A stretch of 64,000 bases of DNA from Chrysomallon squamiferum (lineage: Eukaryota > Animalia > Mollusca). Position 1 is the stretch's first letter, and each line of letters opens with the position of its first letter. The notes beneath the pieces are model-generated. The model had not been told where the DNA came from, searched no databases, and saw only the letters and a list, made by a program, of their open reading frames with translations. Below, in pieces: positions 43,492-64,000 of the stretch. The stretch lies in NCBI GenBank assembly GCA_012295275.1, contig CM022670.1:39060001-39124000 (forward strand). Direction: 5' to 3'. A program made the position numbers and the translations under genes.

Positions 43492-46330
43492 TTTGAATTA
43501 AATATACCCTAAAATTAAAAAAATAAGGAAAAAAAAAATAATAATAATAATAATAATTATCCTTTCAAAACAAGACTTAAAAACCAACAATAAAAACAAA
43601 ACAGAATCATAATGCACTCATTGTAACAGCTAAATATACATAAAATGAAACAAAAAAACTCACAAAAAACCCAAACAAAACAGTACTGCATGTAAATATT
43701 TATAGAATCATGTAACAGAAAACCTATATTCCTAACATCTATGAAGCATATTTTAAAAAAAGACCCTAATAATTACATCTACATAGTTAAAGTCTTAAAA
43801 TTAAACCAAAAACAATTGTAAATTATACTGGAACAGCTTGTTACCAGTAGATCATTGTTTTAGTATTAAAAATACATTTTGTAATATTTTTATTTCAAAT
43901 AAATGGAATGCAAATGAAGAATATATTATGTATATGAATATATAACAATCATTATTACATTTTTAATGTCGTAATTGCCTTATTCATTCTCTTTATCATT
44001 AAAATAATCATCAACAGTATTATTTTGTAATACTAATCATTTATTGTTGTTGTTGTTATTATGACTTTTTTAATTCTGATAATACACTACCTCATTAAAT
44101 ACTTTTTACTGATACAAATAAAATTTAGACAGTCATTTTAAATTACATGCAGAAATTATTTTGCAATTTAATATTTTATACCTTCTGAAACAGAATTATA
44201 AACAAGAATTATTTTAATAATTAAATCACTACAAAAATGATTATGTGCTTATAAACAACATTATTTATTATTATTATTATTAAGAATTTCTTTTATAAGA
44301 CAGATATTTAAAATCTGAGATAATTAAGCAGACAAACAGTATTGAGCAGAATTTTCAATGCTGATCTATTTAAAGTAAAAGAACTATTATGGACTATTAT
44401 TTGCATGAAAAGTACTATTATCCAATAAAACTGAGCAAATAAATTTTAATTTCATAATTAAAATTTTTTTTTAAATAGTTATCATGCAATAAGTGATAAT
44501 ATTTTTGCTGAAAATTGTTATTAAACATTAGAAACAAAATGTATTTGCTGTAATTTTGTCTTTCGTTAAGACAAAATTAACTTTTATGCTGTATATTTCA
44601 TTAGATAACTTTCTTTTCAATGGAAATAAAAGTCCATTTCATACTGTCATTAAAATATACTTATACATTATTACAAAGTGTTTAAGTTCCTTACACAATT
44701 CTGCATAATAACAATCATTAAAAACACAACAGAACTGAACATTATTTACAAGCAACAGCATATTCACATTAGCATCAATCAGTGGTTTTCTCATTTACAT
44801 AGTTCCTTTGTATACATATAAACATCTAGTTTCAACTCCTATAGTAACAAAAGTACTGAAAATGGCATAAAATTGTAAGTTATTTGGGGTACTCTGTTTA
44901 TCACATTGCTGACAAATCACGCTGTTTTTGACAAAATAATATGGTTAATTAAGTATACAGTTTATTTTTGCATGTAAAATCGGCCACTGACATGATACCA
45001 CTTTTAGTGGGACATTTGCATATATGGGGCCCTGGAAAGAGAAACAGTTATGGAGCCCCTTTGCAAGACACTTATTTGGCCCATCTGTGATTAGGGGCTC
45101 TGAAGTTTTTTAAGCTTCTTTAGTTTCACAATAGTTCTTCCTCTGATTAGATTACATAATTTCAACAAAAACATCACAGAATTTCAATATTATATAAAGT
45201 AAATTATTACAAAGTAATTATTTCTTAATTAGTAAACAAGACTTACTCAACAAACAACAGCTACGATACATGATCCACAGTAAACTTCACATTAAAGATT
45301 GATTATAAAAATAAAAATTATAGGAATGTTAAACATATAATTTGATTAATCAAAGTCTGAATGCCTGAGAAACCAGATGTTCAGATTAAAAACTGTTCTT
45401 TTATTTGATTTTTAATTTTGATTTTTATTTTAATTTTAATTTTAATTTTAATTTTAATTTTAATTTTAATTTTAATTTTAATTTTAATTTTAATTTTTAC
45501 TAAATTTTCTAAATTAAATACAAAATTTCTGATCTCACAGAAACAGAATTCTGCAAAATGTATCAAAATAAATTTATGAATAAAACTGTTCTTAAACAAT
45601 ATTTCACGTCGCAAATTATTTCAGTAACTGAATTATTTCAAGCATACAAATTTCTGCGTTCACAATAGCAGAACATTATATACACAGGCTTGCCAAACAT
45701 ACAGTTACCTCAAAGTATTATTAGTTATATTTAAAAAACAAAAAAACAAAACAAAAAAAACAAAAAGGGCCTAGTATCTCATAACATGCAAGCAATGTTG
45801 GAAAATAGTGGAAATACATATATAATACGGTATATATGTACTTCATCAACTAATGTATATGTTTTATTTTTCAGTTTAAATACAATTGTGTAAATTTATT
45901 AACTATCCTGTTTTATATTTCTAACAATAAAAAAAATTCTTTCTATTTGATATAATGTCTCTCTACTTTAAAATACTTTAATTGTCTCTAATATATATTT
46001 ATATATATATATATATATATATGTATAAGTATATGTTTGTGAGTGTGTGTGAGTGTGTGTGTGTGTGATTATATTATATGTCTAATTCTCAAAAAACAAT
46101 TCTAAAACTGTTCTAGAGTAATTATAAAAGCTGTTTTCACAATGGCATTTTCTATAAAAAAATAAAAATAAAACTAACAGTAATATTTACTGCTGCATAA
46201 TAAAAACAGGATTACATATTAACCGGCAAGTGAAATCCTTACTATAAAATATCATGGAAAACAATATCTGATAAAATGTGAAGATATGTTTGAAACTATT
46301 TACAGAATGAGGAGTAACGTACAAAGTAAT

Positions 46331-46680
46331 CTGAATGATTCAAACGAGAATTATGATTGAAGCACCTGAATGATTCAAATAATTATAATAGTCCTTGAAG
46401 CATCTAAATGATTCAAATAATTAGGATTATGCTTCAAACATTTAAAAATTCAAATAATTAGGATTATGCTTAAAGCACTATAACGATTCAAATAATTAGG
46501 ATTATGCTTCAAGCACTTTAACGATTCAAATAATTAGGATTATGCTTCAAGCACCTTAATGATTCAAATAATTAGGATTATGCTTCAAGAACCTTAATGA
46601 TTCAAATAATTAGGATTATGCTTAAAGCACATGGACGATTCAAAAAATCACATTAAAAAGTCAAGCACAAGAATGATTCA
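46331..46680. repeat. ~38-bp minisatellite (GATTCAAATAATTAGGATTATGCTTCAAGCAC...)
   Basis: Tandem copies visible downstream of the SYK stop codon. Confidence 0.9.
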
Positions 46681-47602
46681 AGTAATAATGTTATATTTCT
46701 TGATTAACTGCCAATGTTAATGTAAAAACTATTTAAAAAGGATTACAAAACTGTAAATGTGTGTGTCAGTCTATGCTAAATAATCATTTTTTGTATTTAA
46801 AAAAAGTTTACAAATTTGTAAACGAAAGTGTCACATAATATTAATTTACCATCCTGTGTATTTAATAAGGTTTACAAATTTGTAAATGTAAGCGTCAGAT
46901 TATGCTAAATTGTAATTTTATGTATTTAAAAAAGATTATAAATTTGTACATGTTAGTGTCAAACTATAAGAAAACATTAGTTTATGTACATTTTTGTTCG
47001 TATATGTTAGTAAAAATTATTATAAATTTGTATTAAATTCAAAACAAAATGTTAGTTCAAATATGTTTATTTTATATAGTTATTATTATTAGTATTATTA
47101 TTATTGTTATTGTTATTATTATTGTTATTATTAACGTTTATAATTCTGTATTAATAATATTAAAGATTAACTTTTAAAAAACAAATCAATTGCAACCTCA
47201 AAAATGACTTCAGATGGCGACAGGTCCAATTTTAAAAATTACACACGAACTAAAATTTTTTTTTATAAAAAAAACAAAATAATAATAATAATAATAATAA
47301 TAATATAAAAATTAAATTTAAAACATTAACAAGCATTTTGCATATAACAACAGTATCAATGAAGTCACTCACTAACATGTGAAACAGAAAAATAAAACTG
47401 AAGTAATATTTAATAAAACATGCACTCCAGTCTTTAGTGTAAGAAATAAAGGGGCAAAATAACTCAAATGTTCTTCAAGAGTGAAATAAAACTTCAAAAC
47501 AAGTAATCTGTCTTGGAGACATTTTCTTCAAAAGTTTCTGCAAACTGGAGGCCTGAGGATGGATTGTCAAAGATATTTTTTTTTTTTTGAGAAATTTTTA
47601 TT

Positions 47603-61551
<13,949 letters not shown>

Positions 61552-62092
61552 TTTAAACTATCACAGAAGAAAACACAGGATTGTCAGCCTTACTCATTTA
61601 CTCTGAAAAATGATAATAACAACAACAGTAGTAATAGCCAAATATGTTAAATGAGAAGAAAAAGTATAGGAGTATTTGATGGTAATAATAATAATAAAAA
61701 AAAAATAATAATAATAATAAATAAATAATAATAATAATAATAATATAAAAACAATAAGAATAATAATAATAATATAGTAATAGCAATAACAATAACAATA
61801 ATAATAATATAATATAATATAATATAAAATAATAATAATAATATAATAAAAACAATAATAATAATAATAATATAATAACAATAACAATAATAATTATAAA
61901 ATATAATATAATATAATATAATATAATATAATATAATATAATATAATATAAAATAATAATAATAATAACAATGTTTTTTTTTTTAAATCTTTAAGCTGTA
62001 AAGGTATCTTGTGAAAAAGAAATTATCTACATATGCAATATTCCCTCTAATTTTTTCAAACCTCTGAATGGAACTTTTGATGCTATGAGAAA

Positions 62093-62123
<31 letters not shown>

Positions 62124-63823
62124 TACAGTAGCCAAAATAGACTTATTCAGTAAATTAAAATCAGAGGCAATTACATTTTAATATGACACCAATGCAGAAA
62201 CTGCACAGTCTCAAAGTGACTCACCTTGCATTTTACAGGAAATATTGAATATTTGTTGTTTTTTAATTTCAAAGTATTTTGCTTGAGGTAATAATACAGT
62301 TCCAATTTAATATAAGTTAATAAAAAAAAAAAAAATATCTGAGGTCACATATTTAACAAACTGATATCATAATTAATTACTAATACTACATACAGGTGGT
62401 TAAATATTTCGATGTATAATGGCTGATTATGTTTCTATTTCTGAATTTATCTCAGTATTTTAATACTTAATGATTTAAGATTTAATCAATATTCACACAA
62501 AACAATTATTTAAATTATCATTTCCACAGGTTTTGTATGTACCGTATATAGATAGTATCAGTATTTATTTTAAAAAAATAATAAACTAAAACAGGTATGC
62601 AACTACTTTCTATTTCCCAATGACAAATTTAAGGTGGACGCCTGTGATTGTAAACATACTTTTAAACTTTATGATCAACAATAGAAAGATATTCAGTCAA
62701 TAGGAGAAGGGAACGTTGATCGACCTCCACAAAATTCAAGACCTGAACATTATGGAAAGTAACAGAAAGCTTACTCAGTATGTCATCTGATAACTGAAAA
62801 CATACTGACCGATAGCGCTGGGTAGATACTAGACAGAAGATACTAAGATTATAAGATAGAGTTAGAGTATCAAGTATTACGAATTTATGTGACAAAGCTA
62901 CACAAACATATGCTATTATAATACCTACCATACGTGCTCTGACTTTTTAGTTTTAAAAGAATACTGAATAAAGTGAATGCGTAATTTTTACGATGAAACA
63001 AGACACAAAAAAAGAAATACCTTTTATGTTTTCATATCTTCTTCCTTCTTGGAGGATTTCTACAACCAGGAAGTAAATGAATGTTCTTCGTTGTGAAGAA
63101 GAGAGTTCTTTCCCTTTAGTCAGGATTCGGAGGGGCCTTATTAAGGTGGTCCATTATAATCTTCATACAGAAAAAAAAAAGACATTATTTTATATATAAT
63201 TATCTCTAGTAGTAAATGTTGAAAACTAATGAATAAATAATGAAAATATAATGGCATTTTAATACATTTTTCATACTGATAGCATTTATTATTTTGATAA
63301 AGACTGAAAGAAGAAACAGATTGCTTCACAATAAATAAACCAAGCTATGCATTGTTCTATAAGCCGTCACGGTCTGTGCATTTTTGTTTAGAAAGAAAAA
63401 ACGTAGCAGTTATTTTACATAGGCATATTTCGGACGCCTGACTAATGAAAAGAGTGCACTAACACGGGACAACAACTTGTGATCCGTTCTTCGCCTTCAT
63501 GCGTCACGTGATAAGTAAGACACGATTTTAAACAATGAAGTTAAAAAATGATTCATTATATGATCTCACGTTTTATTTTTGAATCTAGGAAGCCAAAAAA
63601 CAAAACACAGGAAAAAAAGTCACAGCAAAATTATTTTGAACTGAGAAATAAATTAGCAATGAAATATAGATTAAACACATTTTGTCAGAGTTTTATTTTA
63701 ATGTTCTTTGATTTTAATATTGGGGATTTAGGCGGATGTTCCACCTTATTTTCTTCATATAATGGAATTCATAAAGCGTGTGACAAAGCATAGCATTTAC
63801 AATAATAATAGTAGTAGTAGTAG

Positions 63824-63866
<43 letters not shown>

Positions 63867-64000
63867 GTTGTAGTAATAATACCAGTCAGTTTATTCCGAC
63901 ATACTAAATCATTACCACAACATTTTTTTTGAGGTTCCAGTCACATCGTATTTTTGAAAATAATAACGATAAAAATACCGTAAAAACTGCGTTAGCATGA

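Noticed and set aside
45020-45150. GGGCCC-rich patch reminiscent of small DNA-transposon remnants
   Set aside because: Could not define terminal inverted repeats or target-site duplications by eye.

Overview
This is eukaryotic (animal) genomic DNA. It is very AT-rich and full of microsatellites, and the gene content suggests an invertebrate, probably a lophotrochozoan such as a mollusc (inference). Almost all entries in the ORF track are simple-repeat artefacts. Reading splice sites by hand gives two complete intron-rich genes on the minus strand with consistent phases. One is a SYK/ZAP-70-family tyrosine kinase (15 coding exons, 61551->47603, about 667 aa, SH2-SH2-kinase, no ankyrin repeats). 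The other is a ZDHHC21-like palmitoyltransferase (7 coding exons, 41853->33864, 300 aa). The left ~31 kb is a CpG-retaining, gene-poor region with many high-complexity islands. It holds the first coding exon of a third minus-strand gene (13341->13192, MMYIRD...TYPS, phase-0 donor) and a probable distal alternative start (26006->25959, MANRVSVFSPDDVKE, also phase 0). The body of that gene lies outside the window. My best hypothesis, unproven, is that it is Nuclear Factor I, which would repeat the vertebrate ZDHHC21->NFIB arrangement as an ancient regulatory block. Also present: several minisatellites, a dispersed ~135-bp repeat pair and a degenerate Tigger/pogo-like MITE. I found no prokaryotic-type system (CRISPR, operon).
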